Notes under the pieces: model-generated | Database searches by the model: none | What the model saw: only the letters and a program-made list of their open reading frames with translations | Told to the model about the DNA's origin: nothing | Shown here: positions 36,805 through 48,685 of the stretch, in pieces | Numbering within the stretch: position 1 is the first letter of the stretch | Layout of the letters: the number at the start of each line of letters is the position of its first letter | Source: Hyphochytrium catenoides | Lineage: Eukaryota; Protista; Hyphochytriomycota | Length of the DNA stretch: 64,000 nt | Direction of reading: 5' to 3' | NCBI GenBank assembly: GCA_900088475.1 | Contig: FLMG01001584.1 | Coordinates: forward strand, 41,010 to 105,009 | Translations under genes and position numbers: made by a program

Positions 36805-37705
36805 ATGTTGAGTTATGGAAGATTGAATGGGGGAGTTCGCTGTGTAGGAGCCATTGCACTTTTGATACCTCTAGCAGCAGTCGCTGCTGCCATGGAGGTC
36901 TCCCGTTCTAAAGATGGAACTTTGCTCTTTGGCATCTTCAGTCCCAAATGTTACTCCATCCTATTTGAGAAAGGGGACTTTCTTCATCAAGACTGCCTTA
37001 AGCAGGTCATTAGCAAGGTTCTGGGGTACGCCATTATTGCTGGTGCCTTCCTTCTCAAAGCTCCACAAATTGCCAAAATCATCGCAGCAAAAGACGTTGA
37101 AGGACTCTCCCCTGTCAGCTTCTATCTAGACGTCGTGATCTATCAGGTGAGTGAGATTGATCTCTGACCAGCACTTAAGCACATACCGTAACTGCTTGAT
37201 GTTCACATTGCCCCTGCAGGCAGGTACGATCTACAATATCCTGTTAGGGTATCCAATTAGTACCTGGGGAGAGAATGCCATCGTTCTAGCCCAAAACATC
37301 ATCCTTGTTTTTCTTCTTTGGACCTATAGCAAACCCCCAACTCCGTTTCCATCCCGGCTTTCCTACATCATCGCCTTTTTCGGGTTGGGGCTTGGGAGCT
37401 TCTATCTACCTAAGGACTATTGGTGGATATTGAGCGTGGCTGGAATCCCTCTGGCTGTAGCTAGCCGCGTACCACAGATCCTAACCAATCTCCAGCTTGG
37501 TCACACTGGCCAGCTCGCTCTGTTTACTCTTCTCCTCAACTTTGCTGGTGCCATCGCCCGCCTCTTCACTACCATGACGGAAACCCAAGACCCCTATCTT
37601 CTTGTCGGCTTCTCACTGTCAGTGGTCCTAAATGGCATTCTGGTCGTGCAAGTGCTTCTGTACTGGTCTGCCACAAATAAGGCTCTGGCAAAGAAGAAAG
37701 CATGA
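36805..37705 (+). CDS. MPDU1: Mannose-P-dolichol utilization defect 1 homolog (PQ-loop membrane protein), 2 exons
   Basis: Exons 36805-37146 and 37220-37705. Motifs CLKQVISKVLGYAII...KAPQIAKI...GLS, STWGE, SRVPQILTN...HTGQL...GAIARLFTT. C-terminal KKKA is an ER-retrieval-type dilysine motif. Confidence 0.92.
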
Positions 37706-37943
37706 GACTTTGCATAGAACTATAGTGGTATCCTCCCAAGCCACGTTTATAAAGCAACTCTCTTCACCGTTCACGCCAAGAAGACTCTCTTCTCCAAGCC
37801 AATGCCAGTAACTATAGTTACTTATTTGCCGACTAAGCGCATGCGAGGAGGACTATGAGAAAGTGCGGACTGGAACGTAAACCATTCCTATATTATCCAT
37901 CCTAGATAATGATATTGAAGGGATGACTAGTTTCTCGACTCCC

Positions 37944-38622
37944 TTAAGCCTGAGAAAGCTGCTCAAGGGCTTTCACTCTATCGATCATCTCCGTCTTACT
38001 GGTTTCTTGGACCTCTCCAGCCAGAACATATTCATCAAGGATAGCATAAACCTATTAGGTAGACGTGTCATTAGCTCCACCTTCCGACAGCCTCGGAAAA
38101 GTGAGATCGAGTTGCTTCTCTTATCCCCTTATCCTCCTCTCCATAAGCCATCTTCTGCATCTCTTAGCCATAATTGTATAGAGTTCGACGGCCTACCTTG
38201 TAGAAGTTAAACACAATGTCCAGCTCACAGACGTCCAGAAAGTATTTGTCCAGCATNNNNNNNNNNNNNNNNNNNNNNNNNNNNNNNNNNNNNNNNNNNN
38301 NNNNNNNNGTAAGCGCGAACGGACAGAGATTAAACCGGCAAACGATGGATGGTTGTTAGTGGAGAGTTTGAAAGGGGCATTTGGAAGCTTTACCTCAATG
38401 AAGTTAGTGTGCTTCGGATCTCTAGAGAGGATCATCTTGTGGATTTCAGCCTCAAGTCTCGCCTTCTCCTGTTCTTCAGGTGGTGGAACATACCACTTGC
38501 TTAAGCGGGTCTTCCCCTGTCTGTTCTGAAGCAAAATAAAGCGGATCTAAAAGGACAAATCCAAAGATTCTAGGTGAGTCCACTCGCCAAGACTATCGCC
38601 AGAGCTGAACACGCCTTACCAT
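37944..38622 (-). CDS. AP2S1: AP-2 adaptor complex sigma subunit (middle part lost in N gap)
   Basis: ATG|GT first exon, then [19 protein letters not shown]...[29 protein letters not shown] and [19 protein letters not shown]. Confidence 0.92.
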
Positions 38623-39164
38623 TCTATCAAATCAAGCTATGCCCTCTCGGATGCCAACCACGCTGAAGCTACTGCCGCTGTTGATGCGCCTGACTAAATA
38701 TTGTGCAGTCCGAGAACCTTAATAGTGATCCTACGGCAGAACACTTCCGAACGCTTCTGGGTTTGAGGATAGCCCTGAGGTCTGGAAAGAGCAGACCGCA
38801 TACTGTGGAGACAGCATAGAAGATGGCAAAGCGAGACTACTGCAGAACAATCTGGCCCTCTCTGCAACTCTTCGTTCGCTCGCTCTCAGATTTTACAACG
38901 GTCCTTTCTCTTCCTGTCACACTGCACACGGTCTCGTTTGATCAGGAATACACACGTCCCGCTCCACAATCTGACCATGAGCTGGGGAGCACCCTCTCTT
39001 CCTGCCTGGGGACGCTTATGATCGGGTGAATACTATGTAGGACTACAGCGGGGAGTACCCTCTTCACCCTGAGAGGGCAGCGCTTCGGTGGGCGTTACAG
39101 CAAGTGCAACTGAGATCTACAGTATCACTGACCTAGCTGCATAGGAAACATACGAGAAAGTAGA

Positions 39165-39560
39165 CCTTCTATACTGATGGTTCCGGGAGTTAAAGTCATG
39201 AGGTACAGCTGAAGTTCGATGGTCAAGGCCTTGGCCCTGTTGATGGCAGGTTCTTGATGCTGATGTCTCTTCATAAACAGTTCCCGCTAAATCCCACAGC
39301 CGTATGGGCAGCTCCCAGTCCTGGCGTCTTTACTGGCCACCTTTGCCCTCTGCCACCGTCTCTCTTATGCCTCTGATAGATTCCACCACGCTCACACTAT
39401 CTTCTTCTTCTTCTTCCTTCATTGAATCCGGAGGAGCACGATGTGTCCACGTTCTAGCCCGCTGGCGTTCGGTTGTAGCTGGGTGCACATGAGCGAAGTC
39501 AGCATCCATTAGCTGTGCTTCAGATCGGCTCTCCCCGATTTCTACATTGATCCGTGCCAT
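39165..39560 (-). CDS. Possible small spliced hypothetical gene divergent from the NT-C2 gene
   Basis: An acidic MKEEEEED... segment is followed by an AG/GT-bounded open segment at ~39167-39286. The 3' structure is unresolved. Confidence 0.2.
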
Positions 39561-39629
39561 CTCAAAGTCGAGATTGCGGACGGAAGTTTGATCGAGAATA
39601 GCTTGCTTTATTGAGTACCAGTTGAACAG

Positions 39630-42600
39630 ATGGCGAAGCTCTTGCGGGCCGCCACGAGAGTGTCCAAGAAGCCTCACCACTACCAGTTTGAGGGTAAGTA
39701 GGCCATGCCACCTGGTCTCAAATGGAATATGAGGTTCTAACCTTGGACATTTATGGCAATTCTTTGTAGTCACTTTCGAATCCATCTCCTTATCGCACAA
39801 GTTCAGCGGGACCGATAAGGAGCTCATTGTTTCTCTGTCTCGGGGCAATAAATGCAAGAGCACCAAACCTGTACTCTGGGACAACGACACACTAAATTTG
39901 CAGCAAGCCCTGGGCTCCACGTGCACTTTGTACAGAGCGAAAAATGGAGATTTTGAGCCTAAGAAGTACACCATTGCGGTCATCGGGGTAAGATGTAATG
40001 GGCAATAGCACTTGCGTGAACACTACTTGGTGCTGCTTCTTCTCTTTCAACTCCTCATTCGCCCCCACGTTGCTCTTTGTCCTTCGCTTTGTTCCCCGGT
40101 TCCCTTGCTCTTCACTGTTTCATTAACTGTTGCTCAGTCGAATGGCACCGCATCGCATTGATCGCGTAGTCCTATCTGGTTCAACCGTCAATCTCACCAT
40201 CATCTCCAACAAAAAAGACTTACTATTGAATGGATCCATGTGCTATAGATGCCATCCAATAAATCGTTCTGTCTGTTCGAACTGGACTTGGCGACTTATG
40301 CCTCCGCGGAACTCAACACTATGACAATCAAACTGAACCCTATAAAATCCGAAGACAAGAAAGCAAGTCTAAAGGTACAAACGCTTCACGGGATGCATGA
40401 GCTAATGCTGCCAATTCAGTCTCAAACGCTGCTCTTGCTGCTCTTGTTTATAGGTCAAGCTTTTTATGAAGTGGATGCCCAACCACACAGGGCCAGGGTA
40501 AGGCTTTCCGCTTCTTGGCACCTAAGCATATAAACGATGTCTGATCAACGTTATATCTGCTGTTTCTTTCTCTCTGTCTCTGATATTTGCACGGAAGGAG
40601 CGAGGCTGGATCAAGTGTGGCGACAGGCCTTGGACTCCATCATGTATGATAGCTACAGCGGTGTAAAGTGTGATGATCTGCGCCTAATGTACCCTCCCAG
40701 CCCAATGATGAAGAGCAAGACTTATCTGGGTTCGACGATACTAGAGTTGATGACACCTGCGAAACTGCATCAGTTAGCTCAGTACACAGACAAAAGTCAG
40801 CAAGGTTTGGGCTCATGTCTAAGGTACCAAAGTTATGATAGAGCGGACTAGATGCAGCGGAAAACCTAACGCCAACCTCTGAACACTTTAGGGCCCAAAC
40901 ATGGAGCTAATGAAGGAGGTGAGAGAGGGTTATGGTAGAATAGAAGAGACACTTGTACTCAATTCATACGTTTCGTAGCTGGAGGAACAGAAAGCAGAGG
41001 TATTGAGACTCCGCCAAAGCATTCAGGAAGCGGAAGCAAAGCAGTCAGTTGTTGAAGAGCAATTAAGAGAACAAGGGACCAAGGTAGGTCCACTCCCCTT
41101 TAGTGGAACAGCATGGAGGGCTGACTCATGATTCTCTGAAAGCTCTCTTCTTTGCAAAACTCAAATGAATCGGAGAGGCAAGCATTTATCGCAAAGCTGC
41201 AAACGGAACAACAAAAGTATCTGGAGAGTGAAGTACAGCGTCTAGAGCTCGAGAAACAGGTTGGCTCCAACAAAAATTGTTCCCCAGCTGTAACCACTGC
41301 TTTAAGTTCTCCTATTCACAGCTTCGGACGGCAAAGGAAGGGGCGGAAAAGTCCCAGAAAGATTCAGATGATCAACGCCTCAAGCTTGAAGGGGAGATAT
41401 CTTTTCTTCAGAAAGCGCTCCAAGAGGCGACAGCGGTGAGGCAGCCGACAGCGGTACCCACCATTGCATCGAAGAATGTGAGGGACGAAGAGGCGAACAT
41501 GTCGCAACTGGAATCGCGCTTGGACGTCGCTGAGAAGAAGGTAGAAGAGTTGAAAGCCGCACTGCGGAAAGAGCAACTCCAGCGTACCGTGGAGAAGCAA
41601 GGCTTTCTGGAGAAGAAGGCAGAGCTCCAGGGTCAAGTTACCCGTCTAGAGGAAGCACTGGGGGGATGGCAGGTGAAAGCCGCAGAGTTGCAGGATCAAG
41701 TAGACCAGCAGAAGGGTCTTCTAGAGGAAGGGAACAGACGGACGAGGAATGTAGAGACCGAAAAGGATAAAGAGGAGCTCTCTAGAAAGGCTCGCGAGAA
41801 GGAAGGAAGTTACCAGGCAACCATTGCCACTATCAAGGCTGAAAAAGATAGCCTTGAGAAGCTACTAGACGAGGCCAGAGAGGCAATTCAGGGGATGACT
41901 TTGAGCCAAAAGCAGTTAAATGAGGAGAAAGAGAAAGCCGATGCACTTGTTCAGCAGTTGGAACAGGAAGTGGAGGTCTCGCAAACCAAGGTTACTGAGC
42001 TGGAAAATCTGCATTATAAGGAAAAGGCTGGGTTTGATCGTGAGCTCTCCAGTTTCAAAGAGGAATTGCTCTGTGCAGTGGCAGCCAGGGAGAAGGCGGA
42101 AAAAGTAGCTAAACAGGTCCAAGAAAGCTATGACAGAGACCTCGTCGCAGAGAAAGAAAGGGCAGCCTCCGAGCTCAGGCAACTCCAGCAAAAGATGGAG
42201 TCAGAAATGGTATGTACTCTTGTTTGAGCAGGGGTGGTTTGGCTTTGTCAGTTTGGGCCCGGAGCGGTGGAACTCTCGCCATGTCTTTCCTACAGACACT
42301 GTAAGACTGCAAAGCTAAATGTTGGTGTCCAGGCTGCAATCACAAAACTGGAAAAGGCTGTTCGCGAAAGAGAAGATGAGGTCAGCCTGCTCAAGGAAGA
42401 GCTAGAGAATCTAATTCAGCTCAAGGAGGACGAGGGGTTGAAGGCTGCGGCGGAAAAAGAAAGACTGGAAGAGGACCTTGACAAGGCCAAAGAGGTACTC
42501 AGAAAAGCTGTAGAGGATCTTGAAAGCGGGAAAGAGGAAGAGGAAATACTGACTGAAGATCTGAAGAGGCTAAGCGATGAGCTGGAAAGGCAGAGCAAAG

Positions 42601-45600
42601 AGAAGGACAGAGCCACAGAGCAACTCAAAAGGCTTGAAGAAGAGCTACAAAGGGCGCGAGAGCAGTTAGCTGTCACGGGCGCTTTGCAACTAAGTCAGAG
42701 GACGAAGGCTGAAGAAGAACTTCTACAGGCTCGCAGGGAAATAGAACTTGAAAAGGTGAGGATCAGACTTCTAGTTTTTCATGGCATAGATCTAGCGCTC
42801 ACTCCTTGCCCAAAAAGACTAAAGTGCGAGAGCTCCAAGACGCTGTGGCACAATATGAAGTGCGCAAGACGGATAAGGAGCGAACTGATGCTGCACATCT
42901 GGAAACCAAAGTTGACGAGGCGCAAAGTATGAAGGTTGAGCTGGAACAGCTATATTCCCAGCTGGAAACAACAAAAATAGAGGCAGAGGATCTTCGGCAG
43001 AAGCTCAATGCATCCGCGGATGCCAGTCTTCGGGAAGCTTTGGGTGCTGAGGAGACTGTGGTGGCATTACAGAAGCAATTGATGGAGGCTCAAAGTGTCC
43101 ATGAAGCCAAGCTGGGAGATTCTCTTCTCAGGATTGAAGAGCTTTCGAAAGCTAGAGCGGAGGCAGGAAGAAGAGCAGAGCTTATGGAGAAGGAGCTCCA
43201 GGAGACACAGATACTACTCCAGGACGCAAGAGCTCACGAAAAAGAAAGTCAAAAGAACTTGAGCCTTTGGAAGGAAGAAAGTGAACTGTTACACCGGGAG
43301 CAAGAGGAGCGCTGTCGATACCTTCAACTTAGAAATGAGCAACTACAGGCCCAACTGGAAACTCTGCATGGTGAATTGGTGGCGACGAAGGAAAAAAGTG
43401 AACTACTACGCCGGGAGCAAGAGGAGCGCTGTCAATACCTTCAACTTCAAAATGAGCAACTTCAGGCCCAACTCGAAACTCTGCATGCTGAACTGGTGGC
43501 GACGAAAATAAAGGTGCAAGAGGCGCAAACTGAAGCTTCATCCTTATCCGTTTCGCACCCGGAACTCCAAGAGGAGCTCACAAATGCTAAGGCGCGTGGC
43601 AGATACTTGGAGGAAGAACTCACAGCTCAGCGAGCACATCAGGAGAAGGAGAGGGATGAGCTCAAGGTAGAACTAGAGGAGCTAAACAATGCGCTGGCAC
43701 TAGAAAAGGTAGGGTTTAAAATGAACTAGCTTGGAGGAAAGAGAGCGTAACTTTCCTACGATTTGCATCGTCCGTCTCTCAGAGCGCAAGGGCTACCTTG
43801 GAAGCAAGTCTAATGGCCAAGGACGATGCGCTTCAAGAGCTGTCAAAGGCTAAAGACTCAATCGCAGAGCACCTAGAGGTGCTACAGCAGAGAATGAAGG
43901 AGGTAGAAATCAGTAGCCTCGCTCAACGGGAAGAGTTGACGACAAGGGAATTATTAAAGCAGGAGGATGGGGCAATGAAAGCCGTAAGAGAATCTAAGGA
44001 AGAAGTGCTGGGACAATTGACAAGCAAAGTACAAGCTCTAGAGAGAGAGAAGAGTGCCCTGTTTGTCTGCTTAGCTAAGAAAGAAGAAGAGATTACCACG
44101 CTTGCTGATCGACTTCACAGTGGTCAGTCCCAGGTCAGTACACTGCAAGTATTTTGAGTATCAAACAGACCCTCTGATATCAATTCCAGCTTGAAGAACG
44201 CACGGTGAAGCCCCACGAGATTGGGAGCAGAATTCTCAGTTATTTGTACCAAGAGATAACGACACGGAAAGATTGCATGGATGAGGACCTTCAATTGCAC
44301 CATGCTCTGCAAAAGACGATTGAGGAGCTACAAGAAACAAAGCGCCTTCTTAATGAGGCCGAGGTTGAACGTGAAGCTGCAGTGAGAGCATTGCAAGAGA
44401 CCGTGACAACTACAGAACAGGAACTTAATGTGGCGGCCAAAGGGAAGCTGGCAGCGGAGGCCCATGATGACATTCAACATGACAAGGTCACTGAAGCCCC
44501 TTACTACCTAGAATCCCACTTTCTTAGCTCTTGGAAGATTCCCTCCACTGACTTCAGAAGCCCTTGTATGTACCTCTCTTGGTTCATAGATACAGCAACT
44601 GAACAGCAAGCTCCAAGAGATGGAGCAGCAAGCTAACGAAAATCAGAAAGCTATAGAGGCGCTGAACATCGAGCTTACGATAGTTCGACAGCAATTGGAG
44701 GATGCAAGGAGAGCCAAACAACAGCAGAGTCAGTGAGAGCTAGTAGCGTTCTTCATGAACAACTTCTCACCCTAGGTTTGCTCTACACAGGCGACCGGTT
44801 GGTTCATCTTGAAGTGACCCTCAAGAAGCTGGAAGGCCACGGTGGCAAGGACAATGCAGTCATTGCTGTCAGAAATCTGGAAAAAGAAAAGAATCTACTG
44901 TCAACGCAGCTCGTTGATTTCATGGGCAGGTACTCAGCTCTGGAGAAGACACATCAAGAACTCAAGCACCACACAGACAAGGTACCCTGTCGAAGCACTC
45001 TACATCCTCGCATCCACATCCCCGTTTACTCACATGGAGAATAACCGCTGTTTACCTTCCTCCATTTATTGTTAATGGCAGTTGACAGAGGAACGAGGCA
45101 ATCTACAGGAATCGTTGGCAGCGAAAACTCTGGAGATTGAGAACCTAACGTCTCAGGCGCAGGACGCTTGTGTCTTGTCTCTTCATACTGAGAAGCTTCG
45201 GAATGAACTGGACCAGGCGAAGCAAGATGCCCAGATCAAAGATGCAGAGATGGCCGCGATCAGAACTGACTTGGAGGCCCTCCAGGCCAGAATAGTTGTC
45301 GAGAGTCGAGAAAAGGAGGGAAAGCTGAAGGTGAGGTGTATGTTAGTAGCGTTGGAGGCCAGTACATGAAGCAAGGACCCGCAGAACAATCCCTTTTACT
45401 AACGGTACTACATATCTAGGACTTGGAAGCGCAGAATAGGCATCTATCTGACCAACTCAGAGAGCGGCTGGCGGTACAGGAGCTGCGTCAGGTAGAGAGC
45501 ACCGTGCCAAGAGCATCTGCCCCACAAAGGCCAGAGGAAGCGCCAAACGCTGACACAAATGGCAAAGAAGAGGCTTACCAGATGGTGGGTTGCTTGAGTG

Positions 45601-46428
45601 AAGATGATAATTTATAAGGGTGGCAGTAGGTATGGGCTATGGGCCACCATTAAGCTTAACTCTTATTCTCTCCATAGGCGAAGCAACAGGAGAGACTTGG
45701 GAGCCCAGAGACTAGAGTAGACCACAACCTTCAACAGGTACCGAGAGTCCCTTTCGACGACATGCAGTCTTCTTTTAGAGTTGTCTCAAGCATCGGCTTG
45801 CATCTAGGCGGAGGTAGAGATGAAGGAACAACACAAAAAGGTGGCACTTTTGCAGTTGGAGCTAGCTGAGCTCAAGAAGAAGGAGAGAGACAGGGCCGAT
45901 GGACAACAGCGGAACATTGTGAAGCTTGAGGTAATGCTGAAGGCCACAAGGGAAGAGTTAGAGGCCGAAAGGAGAAGAGCCGATGAGGCGAATGTGAAGC
46001 TGCAAAAGCTCGAGCTTGAGGTTGGCACGGGTGAGGGGCAGGCTAAGGAGATTGACGATGCCACGCGGCGGCTGTCAGCAATGAAGGATATGGTTCAGAA
46101 GNNNNNNNNNNNNNNNNNNNNNNNNNNNNNNNNNNNNAAATGGAGATCCGCTTGGAGACCGCAGTGAAGGAGAAGGCGACTCTGGAAATGACACTTCAGG
46201 ACAAGATTGCAGATCTTCAGGAGCAAATGGCTGTTGGAAAGGTGGGTTATGAGATTGCAGTCGGGTTTCCCGCACAGCCTCATGTCACACTTCTTCTTCT
46301 TATGCCATTTATTGCAGGAGTCGTGGTTCACTGTCAACCAGCAGCTGCAGGAGGAGAATGAAGAGTTAGGGGCGGAACTGGTTTCGTGTAAGATGAAGCT
46401 AGCCGATGCTCTCTCTAAGCTAAAGTAA
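39630..46428 (+). CDS. NT-C2 (EEIG1/EHBP1-type C2) domain protein with a very long coiled coil
   Basis: Hand-spliced N-terminus, mostly missed by the ORF track: MAKLLRAATRVSKKPHHYQFEVTFESI...SLSRGNKCKSTKPV...CTLYRAKNGDFEPKKYTIAVIG...FELDLATYA...KASLKVKL. This is followed by many E/K/Q/L-rich heptad exons, ending ELVSCKMKLADALSKLK*. Confidence 0.85.
43271..43504 (+). repeat. In-frame 2 x 117-bp (39-aa) tandem duplication in the coiled coil
   Basis: KEESELLHREQEERCRYLQLRNEQLQAQLETLHGELVAT followed by KEKSELLRREQEERCQYLQLQNEQLQAQLETLHAELVAT. Confidence 0.95.
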
Positions 46429-46599
46429 CTTATGGCAGGAGGGATTCAGGTATTCCAGGTATTTTAAACGCTTAGTTCTATTCAGCGTCAGAGTCTCTTA
46501 GAGCGCACACTTGGCGCTGCTTCCGATAAGTCATAAGAAAGTACTCGTCACCATCACTTGTATCCAGGGGTTGTGAGTGAGTTAGAGCATGAGGTGCGC

Positions 46600-48558
46600 T
46601 CAGCTTAATTGGAAACGTCTGTCATACCTGTCGTACTTGGGGTCAGAGAAAAAGTCTGTAGCTCCCTTTCTGGTTTTCAATCGAGTTTTCACTCCTTTCT
46701 TGATGTGCTTTACCTGGGTACCTTTTACAATGGTGCTTTGAGGGTTATTGTCTCGTTGTTCTTCCCTATGTTCACAAGGCATGGAACAGGCCTTCGCTGC
46801 CATTCGTAAGAGTGTCATTCTACGACAAAAAGATTAGAGTGCCACCGCATCACTGTGCATGCTCTACACAACCTTTCGCTGATGCTATCATAATTGTAGC
46901 ACTTAGCACTCCGTGCAGGAATAGCCGGGATGGTATCCACAGCTTGCCTCTTTCCATCGTCATAAACCCTTACGAGCTGATGACGATCTTTCCAGTTCTG
47001 CTTCTTGAATCGATTGGGTGCTAATAGAACAGGTGGCGATGACAGTCGTTCATCAATGACTTTGATATTAGACAGGTCCCCGAGAATTTTTCTCCGTGCT
47101 GAACGCATGTTCGGGGGATTAAGCGATCCTGAACAGTTGGGGAAAATGACGTAAGTGTTCCACAAGAAACTGAGATAGGGCCACGCCATTAACGTGAGCT
47201 ATTTTCACACTGAGCTTTCAGCCTTTCTGGCCCGGGCCAATTGGAGTCCTGCTTCTCAGACCGCTAAACCTTAAGACCTTGCATGGTCCAAAACAACTTG
47301 TACTCTGGCGGGTACCTTTGTTGGAATTCTGCTCTCTCGAAGCATCATCTGGGAAACGGACCATCCGTTCGGATGCCGTCGTCGGTAGTACATTTTCAAC
47401 TTCTTCCCCACAATCAGAATGTTCCCAGATGTCATCAGTAAAGATGTCCTCAATCATCTTGATATGGATTTTCCTGTCGTGGCAGCAGGCATGTGGTTGG
47501 GGGGCAAGGGAACTAGCAGACGAAAAGGGGACGCTGTGTTCGACGTAGTAGAGCTTACAATCGTCTGCCTGACTGCTTGAGAAACATAAACCAACTTCAT
47601 GCACCACTACGCATGCGTACCAAGTTTATAATTCTTTTCATCGGGTTGGAAAGTCTCGTTACAGGAGCAATGGAATGTCACCCGCGGCCCGCAAGGCTTG
47701 TCTTCCGATAATGCCTCAAAGCCATTGCCTCTCAATAGTCTCGGAAGTATCCCATTCCGCATACTATGAACGAAGGAGATTGGCCGCGCAGCTATTGCGA
47801 TTCTTAGCGGTCTGCTGGCTCATGAATTCGCATTTAAGCTTTCGATTACGGAATTGAATAAGCACCTTACGAATTTCCTTCCGAGAGTTTTAAATAGAGG
47901 CGCAATTCACTTCTGCTCTGGTCGGTGTAACGTGCCTCTTATCACCTTTCTTCTAGAGTATGGAGTTAGTGTTGCGCTGGTGACAGGCCGAAGAGACTGG
48001 GATGGGGTGTGACTAAATAAATGTATTGATATGCAAATGCCCAATGGGGGCAGGCGAAGGGAGTTCATAGAGGCACTATCGAAGAGGAAGTCTGAGAAGA
48101 AACAGAGTGAGGTCTAGCAGTCACGACGCTAAGATAAATAATGGGTAAAGAACAGAGCAGCGAATAACTTGAATAATAACGAGTGCTGCAACCTCACAGT
48201 AAAATCACTGGGTAAGGAGTTGTGCGGAAATGAGAATTTGGCACTTCTAAATCAGTTCTCATCAGACCAAGGAAGAACAGAGAAGAGAGAACCATTCGCA
48301 AAATATAGGCCCTATTGTACATTACACAACGAGGAGAGAGACAGACAGGTCTGATTCCATAACATTGCGCTGTAGTACCCGTTAACGCTTGTACTCTGTT
48401 GTATCATCATGTTGTTTCTGAAGGACAGGGAACTCTATTGACCACACTGTGACACATCACCATTACTCCTACTCTACCTTTCGATAAGCGTTATAAGCAC
48501 CTCCGTGTGTCTGTTGAACCGCTTGGCAGAGCAGAAAAGGGAGCACGGAAGACTCCAT
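46600..48558 (-). CDS. Hypothetical multi-exon low-complexity protein with a D-box-like motif
   Basis: Several AG/GT-bounded open segments (about 48479-48558, 48381-48437, 47624-47811, 47278-47485, 46860-47135). Contains RKILGDLSN. Boundaries are tentative. Confidence 0.4.
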
Positions 48559-48685
48559 CTCCAAACCCCAGCTTCTCCGGGTCGTGTCCTAGATTGTCTC
48601 CTCCTCTCACGTACGCACTCCGTTACTGATTTTGAAACAAGGCACATAGTGGCAATGTAACGCGATCAAGCTTCCCGCGGAGACA

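Noticed and set aside
39330-39983. 217-aa minus-strand ORF as one gene
   Set aside because: Its 5' half is the antisense shadow of the NT-C2 exons on the plus strand.
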